DNA of 64,000 nucleotides from an uncultured Mollicutes bacterium (GTDB lineage Bacteria; Bacillota_I; Bacilli_A; RFN20; CAG-826). Location: assembly GCA_900549975.1 (NCBI GenBank), contig URQK01000001.1:23400-87399 (forward strand). Reading direction: 5' to 3'. Positions 32,208 through 41,528 of the stretch are shown one piece after another. Both the position numbers and the translations under genes were made by a program. The number at the start of each line of letters is the position of its first letter. Position 1 is the stretch's first letter. The notes below the pieces were generated by a model. The model was not told where the DNA came from, searched no databases, and saw only the letters and a list, made by a program, of their open reading frames with translations.

Positions 32208-33179
32208 ATGAGCAAAATCGTAAGTCCATTCGCAAAAATTAAATTTGATATTGCTGAATTCGATGGTAACACTAACTATGGTAAATTTGTAGTTGGACCA
32301 TTAGAAAGAGGTTACGCTTTAACAATTGGAAATTCATTAAGAAGAGTTATGCTTTCTTCATTACCAGGTGCTTCTGTATTTGCTATTGAAGTTGAAGGTG
32401 CTCGTCACGAATTCTCTGCACTTGAAGGTGTTGAAGAAGACGTTACAATGATTATCCTTTCTTTAAAAGATTTAGTTTTAAAAATTGACGATGAAGAATC
32501 AGTCACTAAGAGAATTGAATTAGAAGTAGAAGGACCTAAAGTCGTTACTGCCGCTGATTTAGTTGTTCCAGGTGATGTCGAAGTTATTAACCCTGATTTA
32601 GTCCTTGCTCACGTTGCAGAAGGTGGAAAATTAAAAATGACACTTTATGCTCGTAACGGACGCGGTTATGTAACTTCAGAAGGCAATAAATTACTTCGTA
32701 CAGGTATGAATATTGGCACAATCGCAACAGATTCTAACTATTCACCAATTACAAAAGTAAATTATGAAGTACAACCAACTCGTGTTGGACATAATGCAAA
32801 TTATGAAAACTTAGTATTAGAAGTTTGGACAAATGGTTCTATGCTTCCACAAGATGCTGTAGCGCTTGCTGCAAAAATCTTAGTCGCTCATTTCGAAGAA
32901 TTCTTAAAATTAAACGAAATTACTCGCGATATTAATATTGTTGCTGAACCAGTTGAACAAACATCTAACAAATACGAAGATATGACAATTGAAGAATTAG
33001 ATTTATCAGTTCGTTCATATAACTGCTTAAAGAGAGCAGGTATTGCAACTGTCTTAGAATTAACTCAAAAGACAGAAGAAGATATGATGAAAGTACGTAA
33101 CCTTGGTAAGAAATCACTTAAAGAAGTTAAAGAAAAACTTCTTGGTATTGGTTTAGGCTTCAAGGATTACATTGATTAG
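32208..33179 (+). CDS. rpoA: DNA-directed RNA polymerase subunit alpha
   Basis: Conserved alpha NTD/CTD. GGGAGG RBS precedes ATG 32208. Confidence 0.95.
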   Translation: MSKIVSPFAKIKFDIAEFDGNTNYGKFVVGPLERGYALTIGNSLRRVMLSSLPGASVFAIEVEGARHEFSALEGVEEDVTMIILSLKDLVLKIDDEESVTKRIELEVEGPKVVTAADLVVPGDVEVINPDLVLAHVAEGGKLKMTLYARNGRGYVTSEGNKLLRTGMNIGTIATDSNYSPITKVNYEVQPTRVGHNANYENLVLEVWTNGSMLPQDAVALAAKILVAHFEEFLKLNEITRDINIVAEPVEQTSNKYEDMTIEELDLSVRSYNCLKRAGIATVLELTQKTEEDMMKVRNLGKKSLKEVKEKLLGIGLGFKDYID

Positions 33180-33191
33180 GAGGAAGTTTAA

Positions 33192-33599
33192 ATGGCTACA
33201 CAAGGACGTAAGAATGTACATGGTAAAGGTGGCGTTCGCTTTAAAGCTGCCTATACTTCAAGCAAATATAAAGCAATGTTAAGAAACGTTGTATCAGAAT
33301 TAATCGTTCATGAACGTGTTACTGTTACTGCTGGCTGTGCTAAAGATGTCAAAAATTTAGCAGAAAAATTAGTTAGCAAGGCTAAAGTTGGCGATTTACA
33401 CAATCGTCGTTTAGCTGCTGCAGTTGTCCGCTCCGAGGTTTATTGTGATGCAGAAAAGAAAGTAACTGCTTTAGACAAGTTATTTAATGAAATTGGTCCA
33501 CGTTACAAAGATCGTAATGGTGGATACACAAGAGTATTGAAGCTTGTCCCACGCCGTGGTGACAATGCAGAAATGGCTATTGTTGAATTTGTAAAATAG
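33192..33599 (+). CDS. rplQ: 50S ribosomal protein L17
   Basis: Conserved L17. Confidence 0.93.
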   Translation: MATQGRKNVHGKGGVRFKAAYTSSKYKAMLRNVVSELIVHERVTVTAGCAKDVKNLAEKLVSKAKVGDLHNRRLAAAVVRSEVYCDAEKKVTALDKLFNEIGPRYKDRNGGYTRVLKLVPRRGDNAEMAIVEFVK

Positions 33600-33616
33600 T
33601 TTTTTATAATTTATTT

Positions 33617-33646
33617 AGACTAACCATTTGGTTAGTCTTTTCTTTT
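33617..33646 (+). terminator. Rho-independent terminator ending the alpha operon
   Basis: AGACTAACC-ATTT-GGTTAGTCT hairpin followed by a T run. Confidence 0.7.
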
Positions 33647-33679
33647 GCTTTACATCATATAATTATTTAGGAATATAAT

Positions 33680-34132
33680 ATGAAAAAAATAAACATTGAT
33701 TTGGTCTTTAATTTGCTTTTTCCATTATTAGTAAATTTTGTTATTTCTATGCTTTTAGGAGATTTTTCATCTTATTATAGTAATTTGAATAGTTTAATTT
33801 ATATACCATCGATTTTATTTCCGATTGTTTGGTCAATATTATATTTAATTATCGGATATGTTAGTTATAAATTAGATGAACTAATGGATGTTAAGGGAAG
33901 TAAAATATTTTATATTCAATTATTATTTAATGTCTTATGGACTCCTTTATTTTTTGGTTTACATCTACCAATAGTAAGTGCAATAGATATTTTAATATTA
34001 TTAGGATTATGCATTTATATGTTAATTTATTTGTTTAAAAACAATAATAACTTAGCATATTTATGGATTCTATATGTTATTTGGTTGACTTTTGCAACTT
34101 TTTTAAACGTAAGTATTGCTATACTAAATTAA
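33680..34132 (+). CDS. TspO/MBR-family (tryptophan-rich sensory protein-like) membrane protein
   Basis: 150 aa, 5 TM helices. Family motifs present: IVWSILYLIIGY, LLFNVLWTPLFFGL, YVIWLTFATFLNVSI. Confidence 0.75.
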   Translation: MKKINIDLVFNLLFPLLVNFVISMLLGDFSSYYSNLNSLIYIPSILFPIVWSILYLIIGYVSYKLDELMDVKGSKIFYIQLLFNVLWTPLFFGLHLPIVSAIDILILLGLCIYMLIYLFKNNNNLAYLWILYVIWLTFATFLNVSIAILN

Positions 34133-34257
34133 ATATAATAATGCTCAAAAATTAGTGCTTTTCTTTGTTTTAGAACTAGCACTTTTTTTGTTGCTTAAAG
34201 CACTTACAATACCTAAAATATGCAAAAATTAAAAAAATATCAAAATATGCAATAATA

Positions 34258-34288
34258 TTTACAAAATGCAATATTTTTATGTTATACT
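34258..34288 (+). promoter_or_regulatory. Putative promoter of the hydrogenase operon (TTTACA ... TGtTATACT), preceded by three AAAATATGCAA-like direct repeats
   Basis: The -35 TTTACA is at 34258 and the extended -10 at 34280-34288. The repeats lie at 34215-34225 and 34242-34252, with a CAAAATGCAA variant at 34262-34271. Confidence 0.4.
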
Positions 34289-34358
34289 AAAAAGGTATTT
34301 TATAGTATTTATATAGGTTTTATATAAATGTCTTATTACTAGGAGGATTTTTTAAAAT

Positions 34359-34847
34359 ATGGCAAAATTGAGTTCAGCCGCTTGCAAAAGGGTTGAAGAA
34401 ATCATCGCTGAGTATAAGAATGAAAATACACCATTAATGATGATCTTGAGTCAGGTTCAAAAAGAATATGGCTATATTCCTTTTGAAGTTCAAGAAATCA
34501 TATCTGAAAAATTAGGTATACCTGTTTCAGAAATATATGGTGTAGTTACTTTTTACTCATTTTTTTCTTTGAAACCTAAAGGCAAATTTGTTATTGGGGT
34601 TTGTTTAGGAACTGCATGTTACGTTAAAGGTGCACAACAAATATGTGACAAGTTTTCCGAACTTTTAGGTATTAAACCTGGAGAAACAACTGAAGATGGA
34701 TTGTTTACTATTGATGCCTTACGTTGCATTGGAGCATGTGGTATTGCCCCAGCAGTAAGTATTAATGGGAAAGTATATCCTAAGATGTCAGTTAATCAAG
34801 TACAACAAGTAATCAATGAATATCGTAAGTTAGGAGGAGAAGCATAA
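34359..34847 (+). CDS. hydC: [FeFe]-hydrogenase gamma subunit / NuoE-like [2Fe-2S] thioredoxin-like ferredoxin (HydC/HndA)
   Basis: NuoE-type cysteine pattern (CxxxxC...CxxxC). Confidence 0.8.
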   Translation: MAKLSSAACKRVEEIIAEYKNENTPLMMILSQVQKEYGYIPFEVQEIISEKLGIPVSEIYGVVTFYSFFSLKPKGKFVIGVCLGTACYVKGAQQICDKFSELLGIKPGETTEDGLFTIDALRCIGACGIAPAVSINGKVYPKMSVNQVQQVINEYRKLGGEA

Positions 34848-36712
34848 TGATTAAAACAGAGCAAGAATTAAAAGATAAAATTGCTAAATGCACTCACTGC
34901 TTAGATATTAAATTTAGTGGAGAAAACGGAAAACGCGCTATTGTAGTTTGTGGTGGTACGGGCTGTTTATCTTCGCACTCTGATGAAATTAAAAATCGAT
35001 TAGAAGAATTAATTAAAGAACATAATTTAGAAGATAAAGTAACGGTTAACCAAGTTGGTTGTTTTGGTTTCTGCTCTCAAGGACCATTTGTTAAAATTTT
35101 CCCAGAAGATACTTTATATCATATGGTTAAAGTAGAAGACTGTGAAGAAATTATTGAAAAAGATATCATGGGTAAAGAAGTAATCGATCATTTATTAATT
35201 ACTGATCCACATACCCATCAAAAAGTCGTTAAACAAGATGACTTGAATTTCTATAAAAAACAAGTACGAATTGCTTTACATGGTTGTGGCGTTATTAATC
35301 CAGAAGATATTAATGAAGGGTTAGGCTATGGTGCTTTCCAAGGCTTAGCTCGTGCTTTAAAAATGGATAGACAAGAAGTAATTAATGAAATACTTGCTTC
35401 TGGATTACGCGGCCGTGGTGGTGGCGGATTCCCAACAGGAAGAAAATGGCAATTTGCTTATAACCAAGATAGCGAAGAAAAGTATGTTGTATGTAATGGT
35501 GATGAAGGCGATCCAGGTGCCTTTATGGATCGTTCAATCTTAGAAGGTAATCCATTAGCGGTTATTGAAGGTATGATGATTGCAGGTTACGCAATTGGAG
35601 CAAAGAATGGTTATTTCTATGTTCGTGCTGAATATCCAATTGCTGTACATCGTTTAACTGTTGCTATTAAAGAAGCTGAAGAATTAGGATTAATTGGTGA
35701 CAATATTTTAGACTCAGGTTTCTCATTTAGAGTTCATTTAAGATTAGGCGCTGGTGCTTTCGTTTGTGGTGAAGAAACAGCCTTATTAAACTCAATTCAA
35801 GGACAACGTGGAATGCCACGTCCTCGTCCTCCATTCCCTGCTGTAAAGGGATTATGGGATAAACCAACCATTGTGAATAACGTTGAAACTTTAGCTTGTG
35901 TTCCTTATATTATTCGTGAAGGTGTTAAAGAATTCACTAAGTATGGAACAGAAAAATCTAAAGGTACAAAAGTATTTGCTTTGGGTGGAAAAATAAATAA
36001 TGTTGGATTAGTAGAAATTCCAATGGGAACTACACTTCGTGAATTAATTTATGATATTGGTGGCGGTATCCCAAATGATAAAAAATTCAAAGCCATTCAA
36101 ACTGGTGGTCCATCAGGAGGATGTTTGACAAGTGAATATTTAGATACTCCAATCGACTTTGATAACTTAGTTGCTCTTGGCTCAATGATGGGCTCAGGCG
36201 GTGCAATTGTTATGGATGAAGACAACTGTATGGTCGACGTTGCTAAATTCTATATGGAATTTATTTGTGATGAATCATGTGGTAAGTGCTCACCATGTCG
36301 TATTGGTACAAAGAGAATGTTAGAATTATTAACTAAGATTACCAATGGACAAGGAACACTAGAAGATATTGATCGTTTAGAAGAATTAGGAAGAGCTACA
36401 CAAGCAGGTTCATTATGTGCTTTAGGCCAAACTGCTGCGAATCCAATTATTTCAACAATGAGTCACTTCAAAGATGAATATATTGCTCACGTAGTGGATA
36501 AAAAATGTCCAGCAAAAGTATGTAAAAAACTTATGGAATATTATATTAAACCAGAAGTTTGTAAGAAATGTAGTAAATGTGCACGTGGATGTCCAGTTAA
36601 CGCTATTCATGGTGAAATTGGTAAAACTCCATATGTCATTGATTCCGCTAAATGTATTAAATGTGGTATGTGTATAAGTGCATGTCCATTTAAAGCAATT
36701 ATTAAGAGATAG
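34847..36712 (+). CDS. hydB: [FeFe]-hydrogenase beta subunit / NuoF-like NAD(P)H-binding flavoprotein with Fe-S domains (HydB/HndC)
   Basis: N-terminal 2Fe-2S Trx-like domain. NuoF core GRGGGGFPTGRKW for FMN/NADH. SCGKCSPCR cluster. C-terminal 2x[4Fe-4S] ferredoxin (CKKCSKCARGCP, CIKCGMCISACP). Confidence 0.85.
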   Translation: MIKTEQELKDKIAKCTHCLDIKFSGENGKRAIVVCGGTGCLSSHSDEIKNRLEELIKEHNLEDKVTVNQVGCFGFCSQGPFVKIFPEDTLYHMVKVEDCEEIIEKDIMGKEVIDHLLITDPHTHQKVVKQDDLNFYKKQVRIALHGCGVINPEDINEGLGYGAFQGLARALKMDRQEVINEILASGLRGRGGGGFPTGRKWQFAYNQDSEEKYVVCNGDEGDPGAFMDRSILEGNPLAVIEGMMIAGYAIGAKNGYFYVRAEYPIAVHRLTVAIKEAEELGLIGDNILDSGFSFRVHLRLGAGAFVCGEETALLNSIQGQRGMPRPRPPFPAVKGLWDKPTIVNNVETLACVPYIIREGVKEFTKYGTEKSKGTKVFALGGKINNVGLVEIPMGTTLRELIYDIGGGIPNDKKFKAIQTGGPSGGCLTSEYLDTPIDFDNLVALGSMMGSGGAIVMDEDNCMVDVAKFYMEFICDESCGKCSPCRIGTKRMLELLTKITNGQGTLEDIDRLEELGRATQAGSLCALGQTAANPIISTMSHFKDEYIAHVVDKKCPAKVCKKLMEYYIKPEVCKKCSKCARGCPVNAIHGEIGKTPYVIDSAKCIKCGMCISACPFKAIIKR

Positions 36713-36723
36713 GGGTGAGAAAC

Positions 36724-38496
36724 ATGGAAAAAGTAAATATCAAAATTGAAGGTCACTCTTATCAAGTTGATGCCGGTTTAACTATTTTAGAGGCAGCCAA
36801 AGAGTGTGGATATACAATTCCTACTTTATGTGCCTTTAATCATGGAGAATGCTCTAAGGGATCATGTAGGGTTTGTTTAGTAGAAGTTAAAGGAGCAAGA
36901 GGTTTAGTTGCTTCTTGTGTATATCCAGTTAATGAAGGAATGGAAATCATTATTTCTTCTCCAAAAGCTGTTAGTGCACGTAGAACTAGTGTGGAATTAT
37001 TATTATCAAATCACTCAAAAAACTGCCAACAATGCACTAAAAATGAATATTGTGAGTTATTAAATGTTGCTAAAATTACTGGTGCTAGAGACAATATGTA
37101 TGAAGGAAGTAAAACTCCAGTTACTATTGATGAGTTAACTCCATCTATCATTCGTGATACATCTAAATGTGTATTATGTGGAAGATGTGTGGAAAGATGT
37201 AAAAATGCACAAGGAATTGGTATTTTAGGATTTGAAAATCGTGGCTTTAAAACTATTGTAGCGCCAGCCTATAATCGTTCAATGAAAAACTCACCATGCA
37301 TTTTATGTGGACAATGTGTTAATGTTTGCCCTACTGGTGCTTTAATGGAAAAAAGCGAAATTGATAAACTTGATCAAGCTAAAAAAGAAGGTAAGTATAT
37401 TGTTGTACAAACCGCTCCAGCAGTGCGCGCTGCTTTAGGTGAAGAATTTGGTATGCCAATAGGAACTTCTGTTACTGGTAAGATGGTCGCGGCTTTAAAA
37501 CGTTTAGGCTTTGATAAGGTTTATGATACGAACTTTGCTGCAGATTTAACAATTATGGAAGAAGCCACGGAATTAGTACATCGTATTAAAGAAGGTGGAC
37601 AACTTCCAATGATTACCTCATGTTCACCAGGTTGGGTGAATTATGCAGAATATTTCTATGGTGATTTATTAGGACACTTATCAAGTTGTAAATCTCCTCA
37701 TGAAATGGAAGGGGCAATAATTAAATCTTATTTTGCAGAGAAAAAAGGTTTGGATCCAAAAAATATCTTTGTTGTATCAATTATGCCTTGTACTGCTAAA
37801 AAATATGAAAAAGAACGTCCAGAAAATGCTTCTAAAGAAGGATTAAAAGATGTAGATTGTGTCTTAACCACACGTGAATTAGCAAGATTAATCAAAAGAT
37901 CCGGTATTGACTTTAGAAGATTACCAGATGAAGAATTTGATCAAGACTTGTTAGGTGAATATACCGGCGCGGGAGTTATATTTGGTGTAACTGGCGGCGT
38001 TATGGAAGCAGCTTTAAGAACAGCATACTTCACAATTACTGGTAAAGAACATGATTTAATTACATTTAAAGAAGTTCGTGGCTTTGATGGTTTAAAAGAA
38101 GCGGAAATTGATTTAAATGGAACAAAAATTAAAGTAGCTGTTGCTCATGGCATGAAAAATGCTAAACCATTATTAGATGATATTCGTGCAGGTAAATCAC
38201 CATATACGTTTATTGAAATTATGGGATGTCCAGGCGGATGTATCAATGGTGGTGGACAACCATTTGTTAAACCATGCTTCTTACCAAATGAAGACGCTAA
38301 TATATTAGATACATATAAGGAAAAACGTGCAAAAGTGCTATATTCTGAAGATGAAAAGCAAGTATTAAGACAATCTCATCGTAATACTCAAATTCAACAA
38401 CTTTATAAAGATTATTTAGGTGAACCAAATAGTCATAAAGCACATGAATTGTTGCATACTTCATATCATGCAAGAGAGCGTTATCCTGAAAAATAA
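36724..38496 (+). CDS. hydA: [FeFe] hydrogenase catalytic subunit (HydA/HndD) with a non-canonical L1 motif
   Basis: N-terminal 2Fe-2S and 2x4Fe-4S ferredoxin domains. H-cluster motifs L2 MPCTAKKYE and L3 EIMGCPGGCINGGGQP are present. L1 reads TSCSPGW rather than TSCCPxW. ATG 36724 lies after a GGGGTGAG RBS (the ORF track GTG is at 36715). Confidence 0.85.
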   Translation: MEKVNIKIEGHSYQVDAGLTILEAAKECGYTIPTLCAFNHGECSKGSCRVCLVEVKGARGLVASCVYPVNEGMEIIISSPKAVSARRTSVELLLSNHSKNCQQCTKNEYCELLNVAKITGARDNMYEGSKTPVTIDELTPSIIRDTSKCVLCGRCVERCKNAQGIGILGFENRGFKTIVAPAYNRSMKNSPCILCGQCVNVCPTGALMEKSEIDKLDQAKKEGKYIVVQTAPAVRAALGEEFGMPIGTSVTGKMVAALKRLGFDKVYDTNFAADLTIMEEATELVHRIKEGGQLPMITSCSPGWVNYAEYFYGDLLGHLSSCKSPHEMEGAIIKSYFAEKKGLDPKNIFVVSIMPCTAKKYEKERPENASKEGLKDVDCVLTTRELARLIKRSGIDFRRLPDEEFDQDLLGEYTGAGVIFGVTGGVMEAALRTAYFTITGKEHDLITFKEVRGFDGLKEAEIDLNGTKIKVAVAHGMKNAKPLLDDIRAGKSPYTFIEIMGCPGGCINGGGQPFVKPCFLPNEDANILDTYKEKRAKVLYSEDEKQVLRQSHRNTQIQQLYKDYLGEPNSHKAHELLHTSYHARERYPEK

Positions 38497-38512
38497 ATCT
38501 TAATTTAGATAG

Positions 38513-38546
38513 AAACGATGCCAAAAAATGGCATCGTTTTTTTAAG
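38513..38546 (+). terminator. Rho-independent terminator after hydA
   Basis: AAACGATGCC ... GGCATCGTTT hairpin followed by TTTTTT. Confidence 0.75.
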
Positions 38547-38645
38547 CAAATAATACATATTATTTGAAAATTAATGAGTTGAAGCAAAATGCTTTTTATT
38601 AACGAAATATAATGCTATAATATTTATTAAGGCGGGGATTATTTT

Positions 38646-39983
38646 ATGGAAGTTAAAATCTATAATTCTTTAACTAACAAAATTGAAGTATTTGAACCAA
38701 TACACAAAAACAAAGTTAATATGTATGTTTGTGGACCAACTGTTTATAATTATGTGCATATAGGTAATATGCGCCCAGTAGTGGTATTTGATACATTTAG
38801 AAAATTTCTTACTTATATTGGTTATGACGTCAAGTATGTTAGCAACTACACAGATGTAGATGATAAAATAATCAAACGTGCCCAAGAATTAAATAAGCCA
38901 GAATCAGAAATAACTGAATTTTACATTAAAGCTTTCGAAGATGATTTGCATAATATTAATGCTTTAAAGCCAGACGTAACTCCAAGAGTTACTGAATATA
39001 TGTCGCAAATAATTGCGTTCATTGATCAACTTGTAAAGACTGATTATGCATATGATATTGATGGTGATGTATATTTCCGTGTAGAGAAAATTAAAGATTA
39101 TGGCAAATTATCCAACACAAAAATCGAAGATTTATTAGTTGGCGCTAGAATAGATGAAAATTCTAAAAAAGAATCACCATTAGACTTTACTTTATGGAAG
39201 AAAACAAATGTAGGTATCAATTGGGATTCGCCTTGGTCAAAAGGAAGACCGGGTTGGCATACAGAATGTGTTGTGATGATTAATTCAATATTCCCTGGTG
39301 GACTTATAGATATTCATGGAGGAGGTTTTGATTTAAAATTTCCGCACCATGAAAACGAAATTGCTCAATCAGAAGCATATAATAAATGTTCCTTAGCTAA
39401 TTATTGGATGCATAATGGATTTATTAATATTAATAATGAAAAAATGTCTAAATCGCTAGGAAATGTTATTACCGCTCATGATGCATTAAGCCAATATGGC
39501 GGCAATAATGTTAGATTGCTTTTGATTTCCACTCATTATCGTGCACCAGTTAATTTTTCTTATGACTTGTTAGCAGCATGTAATAATGAAATTACAAAAA
39601 TGACTAATATTATGCGTCAATTAGCAGTTAAATTACAAGAATTTGATGTTTCTTTTGCTAATGGTAAATCAAGATTTATTGAACCGTTTTTAAATGCTTT
39701 AGCGGATGATTTAAACACCTCTAATGCCTTAAGCGAATTGCATAATGTTATTAAACTAGCTAATCAATCATTAAGAAAAAAAGATGTGGATTTGTCAGAA
39801 ATTAATGATTTATTTTCCACACTTAAAGATGAATTTTACATATTAGGTGTTAATATTGAATATCCTATTTTATCTAGTGAAGACAAGGACCTTTTAAGTG
39901 AATATAACTTAGCAAAATCCAGCAAAGATTTTGCTAAAAGTGATGAACTACGAAAAAAATTAATAGATAAAAGGATATTATAA
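38646..39983 (+). CDS. cysS: Cysteine--tRNA ligase
   Basis: HIGH motif (HIGN) and KMSKS; class I CysRS architecture. Confidence 0.93.
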   Translation: MEVKIYNSLTNKIEVFEPIHKNKVNMYVCGPTVYNYVHIGNMRPVVVFDTFRKFLTYIGYDVKYVSNYTDVDDKIIKRAQELNKPESEITEFYIKAFEDDLHNINALKPDVTPRVTEYMSQIIAFIDQLVKTDYAYDIDGDVYFRVEKIKDYGKLSNTKIEDLLVGARIDENSKKESPLDFTLWKKTNVGINWDSPWSKGRPGWHTECVVMINSIFPGGLIDIHGGGFDLKFPHHENEIAQSEAYNKCSLANYWMHNGFININNEKMSKSLGNVITAHDALSQYGGNNVRLLLISTHYRAPVNFSYDLLAACNNEITKMTNIMRQLAVKLQEFDVSFANGKSRFIEPFLNALADDLNTSNALSELHNVIKLANQSLRKKDVDLSEINDLFSTLKDEFYILGVNIEYPILSSEDKDLLSEYNLAKSSKDFAKSDELRKKLIDKRIL

Positions 39984-39992
39984 GGAGGACTT

Positions 39993-40745
39993 ATGAATAT
40001 TTTTTCATACTTTTTTGATGTAGTGCCACCGAATATTTTCAGTTTGGATGATAAAATAATCGGTTTTTTTAATCAATATGCATGGTGGGGAAATTTATTA
40101 CTCGCTTTTATTAGTATTTTCCTTGCTTGTGTGTTTAGTGGATTAATTGGCTATGAACGTGAATCGCATGGACATTTTGCAGGATTTAGAACGCATATTT
40201 TAGTGGCAGCAGGTTCGTCATTAATTATGTATTTATCCATTTATGGATTTAGTTTTGAATCATTTCCTAATCATGATCCAGCAAGATTAGCAGCTCAAGT
40301 TGTAACTGGCATTGGTTTTTTAGGTGCTGGAACAATATTGAAAACAGGTGTTGATATTAAAGGCTTAACTACTGCGACAACACTCTGGGTTTGTATGGCT
40401 ATTGGTCTTGCTACAGGTGCAGGAAGATTCATTGTTGCATTATTCACCACCTTGATTGTTTTAATTGTATTAAAATTTTTAAGATGTGCAGAAGCAAAGG
40501 CATTTGAAAAAACACCTCGGTTAGTTATGATTTGTGATTATAATGTTTTTGCTATTAAAACTATTAAGGATTTGGCGGATAAATTTAATATAGCTATTAA
40601 AAACATTAATACACAAATTTGCGATTATCATGGTAAAGATGCTGTTAGTATTAGCATTGTATTAATCGATGTTAGACGTAAAACTGTAGATCAATTCGGC
40701 GAAGAGCTTAGAATAGCTCTTAAACCTTTTGAAATCAAATATTAA
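39993..40745 (+). CDS. MgtC/SapB family membrane protein
   Basis: MgtC signature: SGLIGYERE...AGFRTHILVAAGS...TGIGFLGAGTIL. Confidence 0.75.
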   Translation: MNIFSYFFDVVPPNIFSLDDKIIGFFNQYAWWGNLLLAFISIFLACVFSGLIGYERESHGHFAGFRTHILVAAGSSLIMYLSIYGFSFESFPNHDPARLAAQVVTGIGFLGAGTILKTGVDIKGLTTATTLWVCMAIGLATGAGRFIVALFTTLIVLIVLKFLRCAEAKAFEKTPRLVMICDYNVFAIKTIKDLADKFNIAIKNINTQICDYHGKDAVSISIVLIDVRRKTVDQFGEELRIALKPFEIKY

Positions 40746-40785
40746 GCAAGACTGAGACAAATTTGAGACAAAAAGGAGTTTAGAT

Positions 40786-41511
40786 ATGGCACAATTAATA
40801 TATGGAAGGAACACAGTGCTTAGTGCCCTCAAGGAGAACAAAGTTAAAACCATTTATATTACTGATAACTTTAATTTCAAACCAATAAATGAATTAATAA
40901 GTAATAATAATTCATTTGGTGTTAAATTTGTTAGTAAAAACGATCTTGATAAACTTTCCCAATTTGGGAATCATCAATGTGTAGTAGCGGAAGTAGAAGA
41001 GTATCAATATTGCTCTTTGAATGATTTAATTGCTAAGGCAGGTAAATCAAAATATCCATTATTAATTATTCTTGATGGTGTAAAAGATCCTCATAATTTA
41101 GGCGCAATATTAAGATGCGCTGATGCATATGGGGCAGATGGAATAATTATCAAAAAAAACGGACAAGTACAAGTTAATAGTACAGTAGCCAAAGTCTCAA
41201 CTGGAGCTATTGACTATGTGCCAATATGTCAAGTTACTAACTTGGTACAAACTATTACTACTCTGAAAAAACAAGGTTATTGGGTTGTCGCATCCGATGG
41301 ATCTGCTAAAGAAGATTATCGTCAAATCGATTATCGTTCACCAATCGCATTAGTGATAGGCAGTGAAGGAGAAGGAATTTCAAGACTAGTACTACAAAAC
41401 AGTGATTTTATTACAAAAATACCTATGGTTGGTCATGTTAATTCTTTAAATGCTTCAGTCGCAACCGCGGTGTACTTAGCACAAATTTTTAATAACAGGT
41501 TTCCTTCTTAA
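40786..41511 (+). CDS. rlmB: 23S rRNA (guanosine-2'-O-)-methyltransferase RlmB (SpoU/TrmH family)
   Basis: SpoU motifs HNLGAILRCADAYG and LVIGSEGEGIS. Sits in the B. subtilis yacO position between cysS and sigH. Confidence 0.8.
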   Translation: MAQLIYGRNTVLSALKENKVKTIYITDNFNFKPINELISNNNSFGVKFVSKNDLDKLSQFGNHQCVVAEVEEYQYCSLNDLIAKAGKSKYPLLIILDGVKDPHNLGAILRCADAYGADGIIIKKNGQVQVNSTVAKVSTGAIDYVPICQVTNLVQTITTLKKQGYWVVASDGSAKEDYRQIDYRSPIALVIGSEGEGISRLVLQNSDFITKIPMVGHVNSLNASVATAVYLAQIFNNRFPS

Positions 41512-41528
41512 TAACGGGAGGGCTTATC

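Noticed and set aside
38297-38587. 96-aa minus-strand ORF overlapping the hydA 3' end and its terminator
   Set aside because: It runs through the terminator hairpin and is antisense to a conserved gene. Its composition is AT-codon biased with no motifs.
38497-38645. Possible T-box leader upstream of cysS
   Set aside because: The untranslated region is only ~150 nt and is mostly taken up by the hydA terminator. It is too short for a T-box, and no specifier or antiterminator motifs were seen.
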